A DNA stretch of 64,000 bases from Sphyrna mokarran (lineage: Eukaryota), in assembly GCA_024679065.1 (NCBI GenBank), contig JAGIQG010000003.1, positions 57,846,001 to 57,910,000 on the forward strand. Direction: 5' to 3'. A program made the translations under genes and the position numbers. The notes beneath the pieces were generated by a model. It worked only from the letters and a program-made list of their open reading frames with translations. It did not search any database and was not told the origin of the DNA. The stretch's first letter is position 1; each line of letters begins with the position of its first letter. This document shows positions 63,470-64,000 of this stretch, piece after piece.

Positions 63470-64000
63470 ACTTTTTTTAGTGCGGTGGGCCGAGAGAACT
63501 GCTTGTGGGCCAAGAGGACAAGGCCTAGGGGCAGGGCTGAGGGGGAAAGGTTTGGGCACTTGGTGGGGGTGGGGAGTCCTATTGCCACTCTGCATCAGGA
63601 TCGATCAGGGCTGGAGGGAGGCCAGCGGTCGGGGCAGAATGGGATTCCCTTGCCTCCCATGGCAGGGGAGTCTGCCAGATGGGGTCTGCCAGGGGGAGGG
63701 TCTGCCAGGGGATGGGGGTGTCTGCCAAGGATTCTGCCTCCAGCTGGGGGGAGGATCTATTCGGGAGGTAGATCGTCACTGCTGGGATGAGGGATGGATG
63801 GCTGGAAATCAGGATTAGGGTGGTCAGGAATGGCCCGGAATGGTTGTGGGGTTGCAATTGGGCTGTGGGGGTATTGGGAGGTGTAGCAAAGTGAAGGTCC
63901 CAGGCTGCTAGTGAAGGCTGATGGTTTGATGCCAATGCACATGTGCAGAGGTCTGGAAGTATCAGACTCCACCATGAAAAGGCCCCATCCCCTCTGAATT
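63470..64000. repeat. G-rich degenerate repeats, probably the interior of a non-autonomous DNA transposon
   Basis: Recurring GGGTCTGCCAG-like units, similar in style to 34650-34940 and 29050-29380. Confidence 0.45.

Noticed and set aside
63465-63975. Overlapping Gly/Pro-rich ORFs
   Set aside because: By-products of G-rich low-complexity repeat sequence.

Overview
Repeat-dense vertebrate genomic DNA. The repeat content (HE1/V-SINE-like SINEs with CR1/HER1-like LINE partners, Deu-domain SINE remnants, Rex1/Babar LINEs) suggests a shark or other chondrichthyan; this is inference from recalled family features, not a database search. The only well-supported host gene is the 3' part of a spliced CC-chemokine gene on the + strand (exon 174-288, terminal exon 401-494), which the ORF track misses. 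The rest is a nested mosaic of mostly decayed transposable elements: CR1, Rex1/Babar and CR1/L2-type LINEs, two Gypsy and one Copia-type LTR-retrotransposon remnants, a solo LTR with target-site duplication (TSD), and Harbinger transposase/Myb remnants with MITEs. There are also three Penelope-like elements (PLE; reverse transcriptase + GIY-YIG endonuclease). The most interesting signal is a system of minimal hammerhead ribozymes (HHR). One intact-looking HHR lies in the 3' region of a near-intact PLE. A related short non-coding HHR-bearing family occurs as tandem, inverted and palindromic arrays (retrozyme-like). One TSD-bounded insertion joins the coding PLE to that family's tail. Repeat boundaries are approximate (tens of bp) unless a TSD or splice site is cited.
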